From the NCBI GenBank assembly GCA_959020415.1, contig CAUERX010000002.1:13498-77497 (forward strand): a stretch of 64,000 bases of DNA. Direction: 5' to 3'. The notes beneath the pieces were generated by a model. That model saw nothing but the letters and a program-made list of their open reading frames with translations. It was not told the DNA's origin and searched no databases. A program made the translations under genes and the position numbers. Positions within the stretch are counted from its first letter, which is position 1; each line of letters begins with the position of its first letter. Source of the DNA: an uncultured bacterium. GTDB taxonomy: Bacteria; Bacillota_I; Bacilli_A; RF39; UBA660. This document shows positions 22,185 through 32,949 of this stretch, one piece after another.

Positions 22185-23006
22185 CTATAGATTGTTAGAA
22201 ATCTCAACAAAAACTTCAATAGGAATTGCTTCAGCACGAATGTTTAAATCCATGTTGTATTTTTTTAAAATTTCCGTCACTTTATCTAAATTATAACTTT
22301 TAAGATTGTTCCTTAAGGTTTTTCTTTTTTGGGTAAAACTGTCTCTTATTAATTTAAAGAAAATTGCTTCATTTTTAAGTGGTAATCTTTCTCTTTTTTT
22401 AGTGAAGCTTACGATAATGCTATCTACATTAGGTTTGGGCATAAAAACATTACGACTAATATCCATAACTTTAGTTACATCAAAGTAATAGTTTAGAAAG
22501 ATAGATAATGAATTATAGTCTTTAGAATTTGGTTTGGCTTTAAAGCGATCACCAACCTCCTTTTGAACCATAACAACTATTTTATCGACTGGGATTTTAT
22601 CTTCAATTAATTTGATAATAATTGGGGTTGTTATATAATAAGGCAAGTTAGCAACGACATAAAGCTTTTCATAACTATATTCTTTTAAATCCTCTAGAAT
22701 GTTTCTTTTTAGAAAATCATCATACACTATTCGGGTATTATTACTGATGTGTTTCTCTAAAATAGGTTTTAGGGTTTTATCAATTTCATATGCTAGAACA
22801 TTTTTAGATACCTTACCTAGTTCACTCGTTAATGATCCAGCACCTGGGCCAATTTCAATTACTAATGTAGTTTCATCAATTCCGGCTTTTGAAACTATAC
22901 TATGGATAATATTTTTATCCACAATAAAGTTTTGACCAAATTTTTTTTTAAAGTTAAAATTATTATTTTGAAGATTTGCTTTCATTTTGTTTGGTGAATA
23001 ATCCAT
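22185..23006 (-). CDS. rsmA: 16S rRNA (adenine1518/1519-N6)-dimethyltransferase
   Basis: KKKFGQNFIVDKNIIHSIV, IEIGPGAGSLT, NLPYYITTPII motifs. Confidence 0.9.
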   Translation of the reverse strand: MDYSPNKMKANLQNNNFNFKKKFGQNFIVDKNIIHSIVSKAGIDETTLVIEIGPGAGSLTSELGKVSKNVLAYEIDKTLKPILEKHISNNTRIVYDDFLKRNILEDLKEYSYEKLYVVANLPYYITTPIIIKLIEDKIPVDKIVVMVQKEVGDRFKAKPNSKDYNSLSIFLNYYFDVTKVMDISRNVFMPKPNVDSIIVSFTKKRERLPLKNEAIFFKLIRDSFTQKRKTLRNNLKSYNLDKVTEILKKYNMDLNIRAEAIPIEVFVEISNNL

Positions 23007-23441
23007 TTAATCCACTCCTTTTGCACATATTTTAATAAACTCTTTAAATATATTGTTCATATTTTCGTCTTTTTTATATAAATATTCTGGGTGGAAGCGA
23101 AGTCCCATGTAAAACTTTTTACTTTCTGCTTCTACTCCGTCAGTATATCCGTCATTGCAAAAAGCGACTTTTTTTAAACTAGGGGTAACGTTTACGACTT
23201 TTTTATGTATTGAGTTAACCATTATATTTTCCTTTTTTATAATAGAATACAATTTAGATCTTTTATTTATTTTTATATTATGAACATAATCTTCCCCTGG
23301 TTTCCGATGATCCTCTGGATTTATTATTTTTTTATTTGTGCCGCCTAGAGCTCTAACAATGTTATTTTGTCCAACACAAAAGCCCATAATTGGTATATCT
23401 TTATCATATGCATATTTACAAATCCAACTTTCTAAAATCAT
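23007..23441 (-). pseudogene. 5'-truncated class I glutamine amidotransferase (peptidase C26 / gamma-glutamyl hydrolase-like) remnant
   Basis: 144 aa beginning only 17 residues before the catalytic-Cys motif (PIMGFCVGQ); the ~75-residue N-terminal half expected for this family is absent. Confidence 0.5.
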
Positions 23442-23527
23442 TCATAAATATTTATTATTATGGTATTAGTATAGCATTTATCATTATTAAGTACAAGATT
23501 AGTATAATTTTTCAGCAAAAAAGGGAT

Positions 23528-24229
23528 TTACCATCCCCATCTTTGTACGCTATATTTAACGTTCGAACTGGTTGCAGAATAAACACCTTTACTTGTTTCA
23601 CTTATAAAGGCTAAGTCCATATGCACGAGGCCATTTTGCCAAGCGGCTTTCATAGCGCCTCCAGTATCCATAACGACAGCGTTAAAGGTTCCTAAGCCCG
23701 GATTTTGAACTTTAATAATTGTTCCACAGGGAAATTTGTTTAATGCAGCGGCTAAGATTCTAACTTTACCGTACTCATCATCAACGTAGGTTTCGCCATC
23801 TCTAGTTAAACTCCAAGTTTTACCAGATTTGGTACGACATGATAAATTTCCTGTACATCCAGCGCAATCGGCGCCATAACCTGTCATTTTACCAACAAAC
23901 TGTCCATAATCTCCTGTTCCCACTTCAACAACAGCATTAACTGGATTTTCAATAATCTCTACCGTATTATTTAAGTTATCCTTATAAGCAAGACCTTTTT
24001 TGCCTTCCTTTTTTGTTATGGTCATATCTTTTGGTAATTTGCTATTATATATAGTAGTTGTATCGTAGGCAAGCTCTGTAATTGAGGCTGCCGAGTTTTT
24101 CGTTTGATTTATATTATCAACTTCGATTTTCTCTTCTGAAAATAGCGATCCAGAATTAAATAATCCTGCGACTGAAATGGATACAATTGATACCCATTTT
24201 GAAATCAGCCCCAGTAAATATGTATTCAT
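23528..24229 (-). CDS. secreted 3D-domain protein (YabE/YocH-like cell-wall binding or lytic transglycosylase-like)
   Basis: signal-like N-terminus MNTYLLGLISKWVSIVSISVAG; C-terminal 3D domain with conserved Asp residues (RILAAALNKFPCGTIIKV...VVMDTGGAM). Confidence 0.7.
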   Translation of the reverse strand: MNTYLLGLISKWVSIVSISVAGLFNSGSLFSEEKIEVDNINQTKNSAASITELAYDTTTIYNSKLPKDMTITKKEGKKGLAYKDNLNNTVEIIENPVNAVVEVGTGDYGQFVGKMTGYGADCAGCTGNLSCRTKSGKTWSLTRDGETYVDDEYGKVRILAAALNKFPCGTIIKVQNPGLGTFNAVVMDTGGAMKAAWQNGLVHMDLAFISETSKGVYSATSSNVKYSVQRWGW

Positions 24230-24275
24230 AAATACCTCCATCTCAAAATTGAAACCGAAGCCTATTATAGCATAA

Positions 24276-25043
24276 CTATATATTGATGTCAAATAGAGAT
24301 AATGCGTTTTGCGTTGTAATATCTAGTGTTTTTTCCAAATTTATACATTTTAGCTCTGCTATTTTTTCAGCAACATATTTAATATTATTTGGTTCGTTTT
24401 TATGACCTCTAAATGGTTCTGGAGTTAAATATGGACTATCTGTTTCTAAAACAAAATGTTTTAAATCTAGTTCTTTAACTATTTCTTTTAATTTCTTTTC
24501 GTTTTTAAAAGTTAAAATGCCACCAATTCCAAAATATGTATTTAAGGGAATAAAGCGCTTTGCCATCTCTAGACTGCCACTGTAACAATGAAGGTCACAT
24601 TTAATATTTTGATTTTTATATTCTTTTAAAATATTGTATGTATCTTCTATCGCTTCGCGACTATGGATAACAATAGTTTTGTTATATTTATTTGCAAGGT
24701 CTATTTGTTTAATAAACAAATTTATCTGCTTAGCTTTATTGTCTTTAGTATAGTAATAATCAAGCCCTATTTCACCAACACCAACTATCTTGGGATGTTT
24801 TAGACTGTTTTCAATTTTCACTAAATCTTCTTTAGTGTATGTACTAGCAAACTCTGGATGTATACCAACTGTCCCATAGATATTTGGATATTTATTACAA
24901 AGTTTTATTATATCGTCTACATCATTAGGACTAGCAGTACTTACTATCATAATATTATTTCCCATATTTTTTATGACTTCTTCTCTATTTTCATAATCTT
25001 CTTTGCCTAAATGGCAATGTGTATCTATCATCATTTTTATCAC
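24276..25043 (-). CDS. tatD: TatD-family metal-dependent DNase/hydrolase
   Basis: MIDTHCHL..., 255 aa; metG-proximal context as B. subtilis yabD. Confidence 0.85.
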   Translation of the reverse strand: MIKMMIDTHCHLGKEDYENREEVIKNMGNNIMIVSTASPNDVDDIIKLCNKYPNIYGTVGIHPEFASTYTKEDLVKIENSLKHPKIVGVGEIGLDYYYTKDNKAKQINLFIKQIDLANKYNKTIVIHSREAIEDTYNILKEYKNQNIKCDLHCYSGSLEMAKRFIPLNTYFGIGGILTFKNEKKLKEIVKELDLKHFVLETDSPYLTPEPFRGHKNEPNNIKYVAEKIAELKCINLEKTLDITTQNALSLFDINI

Positions 25044-25077
25044 CTAAAAAGATTATACCATAAATCGATATAATCTT

Positions 25078-25281
25078 TTAATGAGTCTTAATGTAAATAA
25101 ATCTTACGAAACATCCAATCAAAAATATTAAATAAGCAAAATCAACAAGGGTAAATTGACTGACTAAATTAATTGTTAAAACTAGTATTATACCTATAAA
25201 TAACAAACTAATGATACTACTTTCCCTATCTTTCGTAATCATTGTCTCCCCTTCTATACAAGTCCTATTTAAATATAACAT
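25078..25281 (-). CDS. small hypothetical membrane protein (67 aa)
   Basis: two hydrophobic helices. Confidence 0.4.
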   Translation of the reverse strand: MLYLNRTCIEGETMITKDRESSIISLLFIGIILVLTINLVSQFTLVDFAYLIFLIGCFVRFIYIKTH

Positions 25282-25608
25282 TTAATGTTAATATTTTCAA
25301 TTGTTTCTATTCGACAATTTCCTACACTTTACAACGTTCGCGTAAACTTATTGCTAATTTTAAATAATCTTAGGTAATTATAAGTTAAACGATAGTAGTT
25401 TATATTGTTCATAAATCGATAACAATTTTATTATCCAGTTTAAATTTTATAGAACCTTCAGATTTCTGTAATCCTTAAATTTTTGTGTTTTTGAAATTAG
25501 TACTAATGATTTTTCGTCATTAATATAAGTAAAATACATCATATTTTCATTGATTATATAATACATTTCTTAAATTGTTGTCAAAAGAAAAGTCAAAATA
25601 ATTTGACT

Positions 25609-27444
25609 TTAAAATCTTTTTATCATTCGTTTTATTTCAGAATCTAGTTTAGACTTCATTATACAATCAGCAAAGCCATCTTTTAAATAATGGAGTTTAA
25701 TTCCTTCTTTGTTATCATTTATCATAACAACGACAGGTGTTTTAAAACCTTTGATTTTTTGTAATTCTTGAAGAATGGCAAGAGCGCTATAATTTGGCAT
25801 TTCATCATCTAGAATAATTAAATCATATTTTGCCTTAGCTCGCACTTTCTCAATACAATCTCTACCAAATATAGAAGAATTTACGACTATATCTTCATTT
25901 TCGAATTTCTTTACTATTTTTTGTAATTCCATATCATCATCATCAATAACTAGAATTTTTTTATTGCCATATATAGTCTGTTCATAATTTTCAAGTTTTT
26001 TGCTAAGTTCTGTTTCTTCGGTTTCAACTATTTTTTGATCTAAGACAACAGTAAAAGTGGTTCCCTGATTGATTTCACTTTTGACCATTAAACTACCACC
26101 AAGCATATTAATAATTTTTTTAATGCCTTTAAAATCTAATTCTTTTTCATCAAGCTTATCAATATCTATTCCTTTTAAATTTTCTGGATTTGTACTTAAA
26201 ATGTCATTCACTTTATTGACATCCATACCTGTACCAGAATCTTCAATATTAATAATTAATCTACATATATTATATTTTATAATAGCACTAACATCCAAAT
26301 TGATAAATCCATCTGTTGTATTTTGAACGGAATTCATGAGTAACGATGATATAGCTTGTTTTAATTTTATTGCATCACCATATAGGAAATCCGGAATCGT
26401 ATTACTCATAGTAAAATTATATTTGATTTCTGGATTTATATCTGCTTTTATCCGATAGCTAAGTTCCTTAAATAAATTGCCAACATTATATTTGTTTTCA
26501 AAAATTTTAATTTTTTGAGTATCCATACTCGAAATGTTTAAAGCACTATTTATAATATAGTCAATTTGATTACTATAATTGTTAATTATCATTGAATCGT
26601 GCTTCAATGATTCAACATCTTTAGATTCTATCATTTCCCGGCTAATTGTAACGATTTGTCTTACCGGATTTTTAATATCTTGAGTTATTCTAAATAAGAA
26701 TTTCGAAGTATCTTCGTTGGATTTTTCTATAAGTTTTTTATTTTTATATAATTCGCCAATTAGTTGGGCATCAGGATTTTCAATAGTATGAAACATTAAT
26801 GCGGTTATAAATGCAAATGTTGAATTAATTAAAATTATCCCCGGGTTAACATTTCTAATTATCAAAACAATAATCATTAATACTATTAATACAAACAATG
26901 GATAATATTGTTTATTCCTAATATTCTTCCTATTTTTTAGCACACAGAAAATGTCAAAGATAATTGAAAATCCGCCAAAAATTACTAATAATGATGTTGC
27001 TGGACCATAACTATAAACATAATTACCATCATTAAAGTATTCTAATGGTAAGATTAAGGTTAACGCAAACAAGATCAAATATATAATACCAGCAACTATA
27101 ATAAATCTACGTTTATATTTATCAAGTTCTTTTTTTATTTTATGATGCTGACTAAAAGTTATATAAAATATATAAAAAGTAAAAACAAATAACCAGGTTA
27201 ACATATATATTATAAAAAATCTGTTACAAATTATACACATTAAAGTATTAAACGTCGTGGTACCATTATTATATGTAAAATAACAACACGCTAATTCTAA
27301 CAGTAAACCAAAAACGTTAATTACAACTAATATGCTATATATTTTATTTTCCATGTTATCAATTCGTCTTTTAGAAAAATATAAAATCAATAACATAATA
27401 CTATAAACTAAACAACATGTTATTACTGAAACACCTATGACCAT
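25609..27444 (-). CDS. membrane-bound hybrid sensor kinase-like protein (polytopic N-domain, HisKA-like region, HATPase_c, C-terminal receiver domain). The H-box appears to carry Gln in place of the phospho-accepting His
   Basis: 611 aa; ITQDIKNPVRQI aligns with the (S)HELRTPL H-box; N/G boxes LLMNSVQNT, DSGTGMD, GGSLMV; receiver KKILVIDDDD...LIILDDEMP. Confidence 0.7.
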   Translation of the reverse strand: MVIGVSVITCCLVYSIMLLILYFSKRRIDNMENKIYSILVVINVFGLLLELACCYFTYNNGTTTFNTLMCIICNRFFIIYMLTWLFVFTFYIFYITFSQHHKIKKELDKYKRRFIIVAGIIYLILFALTLILPLEYFNDGNYVYSYGPATSLLVIFGGFSIIFDIFCVLKNRKNIRNKQYYPLFVLIVLMIIVLIIRNVNPGIILINSTFAFITALMFHTIENPDAQLIGELYKNKKLIEKSNEDTSKFLFRITQDIKNPVRQIVTISREMIESKDVESLKHDSMIINNYSNQIDYIINSALNISSMDTQKIKIFENKYNVGNLFKELSYRIKADINPEIKYNFTMSNTIPDFLYGDAIKLKQAISSLLMNSVQNTTDGFINLDVSAIIKYNICRLIINIEDSGTGMDVNKVNDILSTNPENLKGIDIDKLDEKELDFKGIKKIINMLGGSLMVKSEINQGTTFTVVLDQKIVETEETELSKKLENYEQTIYGNKKILVIDDDDMELQKIVKKFENEDIVVNSSIFGRDCIEKVRAKAKYDLIILDDEMPNYSALAILQELQKIKGFKTPVVVMINDNKEGIKLHYLKDGFADCIMKSKLDSEIKRMIKRF

Positions 27445-27563
27445 TTTTTACCTCCCTAACTATTTACATTATAACACGCCTATTTTTAGAAGTAAATTTA
27501 TTATCTTAATTTTATAATAATAATAATAAAAAATAATGAGCTAATTACTCATTATTTTTTTAA

Positions 27564-29531
27564 TTATTGATTACTAATCAAGGCACCTCTACGATAAACA
27601 TGCTTCCCTTCTTTTTCAGCCTTTGATTTGGCTTCAGCATCTTCACGAAGGGCTAGAACATCTATCTTACCAGAGTTTGTTAATGGTAAAGAAGGTAAAC
27701 ATTCATAATCAAGTGGGCATTTATAATCAGCAAGTTCGCTTTCACACATTAAATTAGCGGTATCTTCAATGTCACGAATATCCTGAGGATGATCTTTATC
27801 TAATAAAGTATAATATACTTTTATAACAGTTCCTCTTTCTTCATCTGGATCATCATAAACAATGGCCTTACAAGCATCTATTCGACTATCTTTTAAAATT
27901 ACATCTTCAATTTCCAGTGGAGTTATCTTAAAACCATCATGACCGACACTAACATATTTTTCTCTATCTATAAAATAAACATATCCATCCTCATCAATAT
28001 AACCAAGATCCCCTGTGTGAAGCCATTCCGTACCATCACTATGTGTTCTTTTTGCAATATTGGTCGCTTCTTCGTCGTTTTGATAACCTACCATTACATT
28101 ATCACCTTGAACGCATAACTCACCAATCTGATCTTCAGTCACATTATCTATTTGATCATTCGGGACATATTTTAATTCTTCATATTCACCAGTTTTTTCA
28201 TCTTTTTTAAATACTCCCATATTTTCTAAAGGTAAAATTTGTCCAACTGATCCAATTTTTACACGATGGTTACCAGGCGCTACGCTATTAGCACCGGTTC
28301 CTTCACTTTCGCCATATCCTATATTTATAACTAGCTTGTCTTCTTGATCGCCATAAAATCTTGCTTTATCAAAATCTTTTGGTCTTTCTATTTGTTTTAA
28401 TTGCTCATTGGCACGAGCTAACTGTGTTTTATTTAATGAATCTCCACCAACAATGAAATTAATCATACTATGTGGATTTTCTTTCCATTCTTGGCTATTT
28501 AAAAGAGCAGATACATGATTCGGAGCACAAGCCAAAGTATGTGGATCAAATCTTACTAAGTCTTCAACCATTTGTAACTGATAAGGTTTTTTAAGACTCA
28601 TAGCCGTTGGATCTGGGTTAAGCCTAACTTCATTGCCTAAAGCAAATGGTAACATAGAACCATCGGCCATTCCATAAGCAATAGAAATTGGCATAATATC
28701 ATACCAGCGAGCTTCTTCTGGAAAAATTCCTGTTAAAATACATTGGGTTGCTGCAGTAATAATATTTCTACTAGATAATACTACGTTTTTAGGTAACCCT
28801 GTTGTTGATCCTCCAGTTGATACTGTAGCTACTGGCATATCAGATGTATAATCTTGGAAAACTAAACCACGACTATGAGAACCATCTTTTATAAATCTTT
28901 TCCAAGAATAGTAATCTCGAAAATTACTTTTTTGTCTATCAAACATGGCAGCACGGATAGTATCATTTTTTAAAATAGAATTTAATGATATTGAACTACT
29001 TGCTGGCAAACCGATAACCGTTTTAGCTGGCGTATTTGCAATAACATCACCTATTTTGTCTAAAACGTGTTGTTTTCTATACTGTTTTGTTCTTCTATTA
29101 TAGGTTTTTACAACACCATCAAAGCCAATTACTAAGTCAGAATTGGCTTTGTTGATTTTGTGTTCAATTGCTTTTTCTCCATATCTTGGATCAACTAAAC
29201 TAGCTACTGCACCAATTCTACTAGCACCAACTAATATATAGAAAGCTTCCGGTAAAGTAGGCGCAACAACGGTAACATAGTCTCCTTCTTTTACCCCATA
29301 GTGGTCTAAAGCTAAAGCTACTTGCGTACTTTTGTCTAGAAATTTTTGATATGAAATACGATTATCAAAATAATTTATAGCCGGTAAATGTAGGCGCCCT
29401 TCATTTTGATAATGAAGAAAATCATATAGAGTCACGTCTGGAATTTCACGTGATAACATTTCTGGTTCATAAAAGTCTTCATGGTTTCTATCCTTTGACG
29501 GATATCCAGTTTTTTCTTTTTGCATACTCAT
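27564..29531 (-). CDS. AMP-binding (ANL superfamily) adenylate-forming enzyme, acyl-CoA synthetase-like
   Basis: 655 aa; TGGSTGLPK, GYGESEG and WLHTGDLG motifs. Confidence 0.8.
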   Translation of the reverse strand: MSMQKEKTGYPSKDRNHEDFYEPEMLSREIPDVTLYDFLHYQNEGRLHLPAINYFDNRISYQKFLDKSTQVALALDHYGVKEGDYVTVVAPTLPEAFYILVGASRIGAVASLVDPRYGEKAIEHKINKANSDLVIGFDGVVKTYNRRTKQYRKQHVLDKIGDVIANTPAKTVIGLPASSSISLNSILKNDTIRAAMFDRQKSNFRDYYSWKRFIKDGSHSRGLVFQDYTSDMPVATVSTGGSTTGLPKNVVLSSRNIITAATQCILTGIFPEEARWYDIMPISIAYGMADGSMLPFALGNEVRLNPDPTAMSLKKPYQLQMVEDLVRFDPHTLACAPNHVSALLNSQEWKENPHSMINFIVGGDSLNKTQLARANEQLKQIERPKDFDKARFYGDQEDKLVINIGYGESEGTGANSVAPGNHRVKIGSVGQILPLENMGVFKKDEKTGEYEELKYVPNDQIDNVTEDQIGELCVQGDNVMVGYQNDEEATNIAKRTHSDGTEWLHTGDLGYIDEDGYVYFIDREKYVSVGHDGFKITPLEIEDVILKDSRIDACKAIVYDDPDEERGTVIKVYYTLLDKDHPQDIRDIEDTANLMCESELADYKCPLDYECLPSLPLTNSGKIDVLALREDAEAKSKAEKEGKHVYRRGALISNQ

Positions 29532-29713
29532 TTATATTCCCCCTTCGATGCTATAGTAATATATTTTACTACTTGATATACAACCTCTTTTTATTTCATT
29601 TTACTATAATTATAATATATCACCGTCCTTCTTTCTGTCAAGTCCTGTTTTTCAATAGTGTCATTTGTATTGCCTAAATTTGGAATATAAAAAAGCCCTT
29701 TGGCTTTTCTTGT

Positions 29714-31264
29714 TTAATTATTGATTTCCTCGAGTTTTTTTTCTTTATCGATTCTAGCAAACAAAACCTCTGGTTCATTTAGTTTAATTCCGCTATCCAT
29801 ACCATCAAAATTATCTACTGAATCAATAGTCCTATTTTGGGTATTTAATTGTTTAAATATCTCGTCAGATGTTTCTGGTAAGAAAGCTTGTAAAAATACG
29901 GTTGCCGTTCTAATTGCTTCAAGCAAATTATAAATAACAGTTTTTAATCTTTCTTGTTGTGCTTCGTCTTTGGCTAATACCCATGGAATTGTTTCATCAA
30001 TATATTTATTACTTCTTCGATAAATGTCAAATATGGCAGCAAGGGCTTCTGATACTTTTAGCTCGTTCATTTTAGTTTCAACTTTATTTTTTAAATCTTT
30101 AACTAAGTTTATAAGTTCATCGTCTTCGGCTTTTTTAGCTAAAGGTTCATAAACAATACCACCAAAGTATTTATGGGCCATAGTAATAGTACGGTTGACT
30201 AGGTTACCTAAGGTATTGGCTAAATCAGAATTGTATCTATCGATTATTAAATCCGCTCCAATATTTCCATCATGGGATATTCCTAATTCACTTAATAAAT
30301 AATATCTAACAGCATCTGTACCAAAATAGTTTACTAAATCATCAGCATATAAAGTATTTCCCTTTGATTTACTCATCTTTTCACCTTTTGAATCAACGAA
30401 AAATGGATGAGCAAAAACTTGTTTTGGGATTGGTAAATTTAAGGCTTTTAACATAATTGGCCAATAAATTGAGTGAAATCTTAAAATATCCTTACCAACT
30501 ACATGGACATTTGCTGGCCAATACTTATTAAATTCATTGTCGTTTGTTAAATAACCGGCAAAAGTAATATAGTTTGTTAAAGCATCTAACCAAACGTAGA
30601 TAACATGTTTTTCATCGAAAGGAACTTTTATTCCCCAGTCAAAAGTGGTTCTTGAAACACATAAATCATCTAGCCCTTTATCAATAAAATTAAGCATTTC
30701 ATTACGTCTAGTACTTGGAACAATAAAATCAGGATTATCTAAAATATGTTTTTTTAACCAATCTTCGTATTTTTTTAATTTTAAGAAATAAGCTTCTTCA
30801 CTAGTTTGGTGGACTTTTCTTCCACAATCTGGACATTTACCATCTACGAGCTGAGACTTAGTAAAGAATGATTCACATGGGGTACAATAAAGACCTTCAT
30901 ACTTTCCTTTGTAAATATCACCTTGTTCATAAAGCTGCTTAAATATTTTTTGAACGACCTCTTTATGATTATTATTGGTTGTTCTGATAAAGCGATCATA
31001 ATCAACATTAACTGTTTTTAAAATTCTCTTGACTTCTAGCGCAATTTCATCAACAAATTCTTGGGTTTTTTTATTTTGTTCTTCGGCTTTTAATTCAACT
31101 TTTTGGCCATGTTCATCCATTCCAGTTTGAAAAATAACATCATAGCCAGCTATTTTTTTATATCTGGCAATCGCATCAGTTAAGACTGCTGTATAGGCAT
31201 TACCAATTTGAGGTTTGCCTGATGCATAAAATATTGGGGTTGTTATATAAAATGTTTTATTCAT
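29714..31264 (-). CDS. metG: methionyl-tRNA synthetase (short form without C-terminal tRNA-binding domain)
   Basis: start at MNKTFYITTPIFYASGKPQIGN; KMSKS motif; zinc knuckle CTPCE...CPDCG. Confidence 0.9.
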   Translation of the reverse strand: MNKTFYITTPIFYASGKPQIGNAYTAVLTDAIARYKKIAGYDVIFQTGMDEHGQKVELKAEEQNKKTQEFVDEIALEVKRILKTVNVDYDRFIRTTNNNHKEVVQKIFKQLYEQGDIYKGKYEGLYCTPCESFFTKSQLVDGKCPDCGRKVHQTSEEAYFLKLKKYEDWLKKHILDNPDFIVPSTRRNEMLNFIDKGLDDLCVSRTTFDWGIKVPFDEKHVIYVWLDALTNYITFAGYLTNDNEFNKYWPANVHVVGKDILRFHSIYWPIMLKALNLPIPKQVFAHPFFVDSKGEKMSKSKGNTLYADDLVNYFGTDAVRYYLLSELGISHDGNIGADLIIDRYNSDLANTLGNLVNRTITMAHKYFGGIVYEPLAKKAEDDELINLVKDLKNKVETKMNELKVSEALAAIFDIYRRSNKYIDETIPWVLAKDEAQQERLKTVIYNLLEAIRTATVFLQAFLPETSDEIFKQLNTQNRTIDSVDNFDGMDSGIKLNEPEVLFARIDKEKKLEEINN

Positions 31265-32210
31265 GTTTTTCTTCCTCCTTTGGGTCTTCAGTGAACTCAA
31301 TATCATTAAAAATTAATTTAGTTATGTTTTTTAATAAGTTTTCTGGTAGTGGACTGCCTGAAGCATTTTTATGACCACCTCCGCCATATTTTGCTGAAAA
31401 AATAGAGAGGTCTACCTTGTTGTCACTACGATAACTAATACTTTTTGAAACATTAATTATAATAACAAAATCTAAATTGGGATTTTTGCTAGCTAAATAA
31501 TGTCCTAAATCACTACGATATTTTTCAGCATAGACAATTCCTACTTGGTGGCCATCTAATTTGGCTTTGATGACTTCTTTTTCTCTACTTTCAAGATAAT
31601 TATTCATTTTATCTTTTTCTAATTTTATTAAGAATAGTTCCTGATCATTATATTTAAATTCTTCATTATTTTCTAAAAATTTTAAAAAGTAATCAATGTA
31701 ATTATCACGGCCTAAAATGCTAAATAGGGCATCAATGTTATGGGCTATTTTATCGTCTTCCGTTTTAAAATCATAAGTATCAATAAGACGAACCTGGTTT
31801 ACTAACCCTTCTGTTACTTTTTTGTGAAGAATTTCATTATTAGAAATACTCTTTAAATAATTATAATAAATACTGGTTGCGCTTTCTTTTTGACTTTCGG
31901 TTTCATCGATAACTGTAGAAAAATCGTATTTATTCAAAGAAAGTGCACTTTTATGATGATCAAACAATTTAACTTTTTTCTTCCACTCTTCACTATTATT
32001 AATTTCAGCAGCTAATTGTTCAGACATCGACAAATCAATAACATGAATTTCATCATATTTATCAATATTTTCCTTTAAGTTTATGTCGACGTCTTTGGGA
32101 TTTAATAATAATCTATCAAAATTTTGATAAACTAGTTTGGCTAATATTATTGGGGTAATTCCATCCGGATCAGCTATATGTGTAATTATAAGTAATTTTT
32201 TATCTTCCAT
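31257..32210 (-). CDS. DHH/DHHA1 phosphoesterase (NrnA-like nanoRNase/pAp phosphatase)
   Basis: ITHIADPDG, FDHH and GGGGHKNASG motifs; start at MEDKKLLIITH. Confidence 0.75.
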   Translation of the reverse strand: MEDKKLLIITHIADPDGITPIILAKLVYQNFDRLLLNPKDVDINLKENIDKYDEIHVIDLSMSEQLAAEINNSEEWKKKVKLFDHHKSALSLNKYDFSTVIDETESQKESATSIYYNYLKSISNNEILHKKVTEGLVNQVRLIDTYDFKTEDDKIAHNIDALFSILGRDNYIDYFLKFLENNEEFKYNDQELFLIKLEKDKMNNYLESREKEVIKAKLDGHQVGIVYAEKYRSDLGHYLASKNPNLDFVIIINVSKSISYRSDNKVDLSIFSAKYGGGGHKNASGSPLPENLLKNITKLIFNDIEFTEDPKEEEKHE

Positions 32211-32694
32211 TATGTTCCTCCTTATTAGTACTGCCAAAGCCACCATTTCTTTCATTTGTAATTTCGTCTTCATCATCTGTTATTAAATACTTAGTAAAAA
32301 TTCCTTGAACAAAGTTATCACCTTTATTAAAATGAATTCTTTCAGTACCTTCATTTTGAATTTTTACAAATATATGACCTTCATTATTTTGATTATTATA
32401 GTAATCACTATCAATAATCCCAACTTGATTACACATTCGAATGTTATATTTAAAGCCAAGGCTACTTCTAATGAAAATCATTAATACTTCATCACTTTCC
32501 ATACACGCTTTTATCCCGGTTGGAATCTTTTTTGTTTCACCAGGTAATATATCTAGATCAAACAGTAAACTAAAATCGTAACCAGCGCTATATTTTGTAC
32601 TTCTTTTTGGCAGGCTGTATTCGCTATATTCCTGCTTTGTTAACCCTGTATCTTTAATAAATTCATCTAAACTTATTTTTTCAAATTTACGCAT
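32200..32694 (-). CDS. dut: dUTP diphosphatase (trimeric dUTPase)
   Basis: SAGYDF, RSSLG, GIIDSDY and GGFGSTN motifs. Confidence 0.8.
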   Translation of the reverse strand: MRKFEKISLDEFIKDTGLTKQEYSEYSLPKRSTKYSAGYDFSLLFDLDILPGETKKIPTGIKACMESDEVLMIFIRSSLGFKYNIRMCNQVGIIDSDYYNNQNNEGHIFVKIQNEGTERIHFNKGDNFVQGIFTKYLITDDEDEITNERNGGFGSTNKEEHNGR

Positions 32695-32696
32695 TT

Positions 32697-32925
32697 TATC
32701 TCTCCTTCAATAAAAAAACGTCCTTAGTATAAGGACGTGATTTGACGTGGTACCACCTTAATTTGTAAGTAAATACTTACCTCAAACGTTTAACGCACGT
32801 TATCGTTCTAACCTAAATATCGATTAGAAGGCTCCAGAGCCATTCGAAATAGTCACCTTGTTTATTTACACCAACCATAAACTCTCTATAAAGTCACCTA
32901 TTTTTCTCTCTTTCGTCGCTTTTCT
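32697..32925 (-). ncRNA. T-box riboswitch leader (own promoter TTGAAG-17-TATAAT at 32932-32960; T-box sequence plus intrinsic terminator) in front of the dut-nrnA-metG operon
   Basis: minus-strand read: AAUUAAGGUGGUACCACG (T-box consensus AAUUAGGGUGGUACCGCG), then terminator ACGUCCUUAUACUAAGGACGUUUUUUU; ~230-nt leader. Confidence 0.7.
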
Positions 32926-32949
32926 TTTTTCATTATAGCATATATTTTT

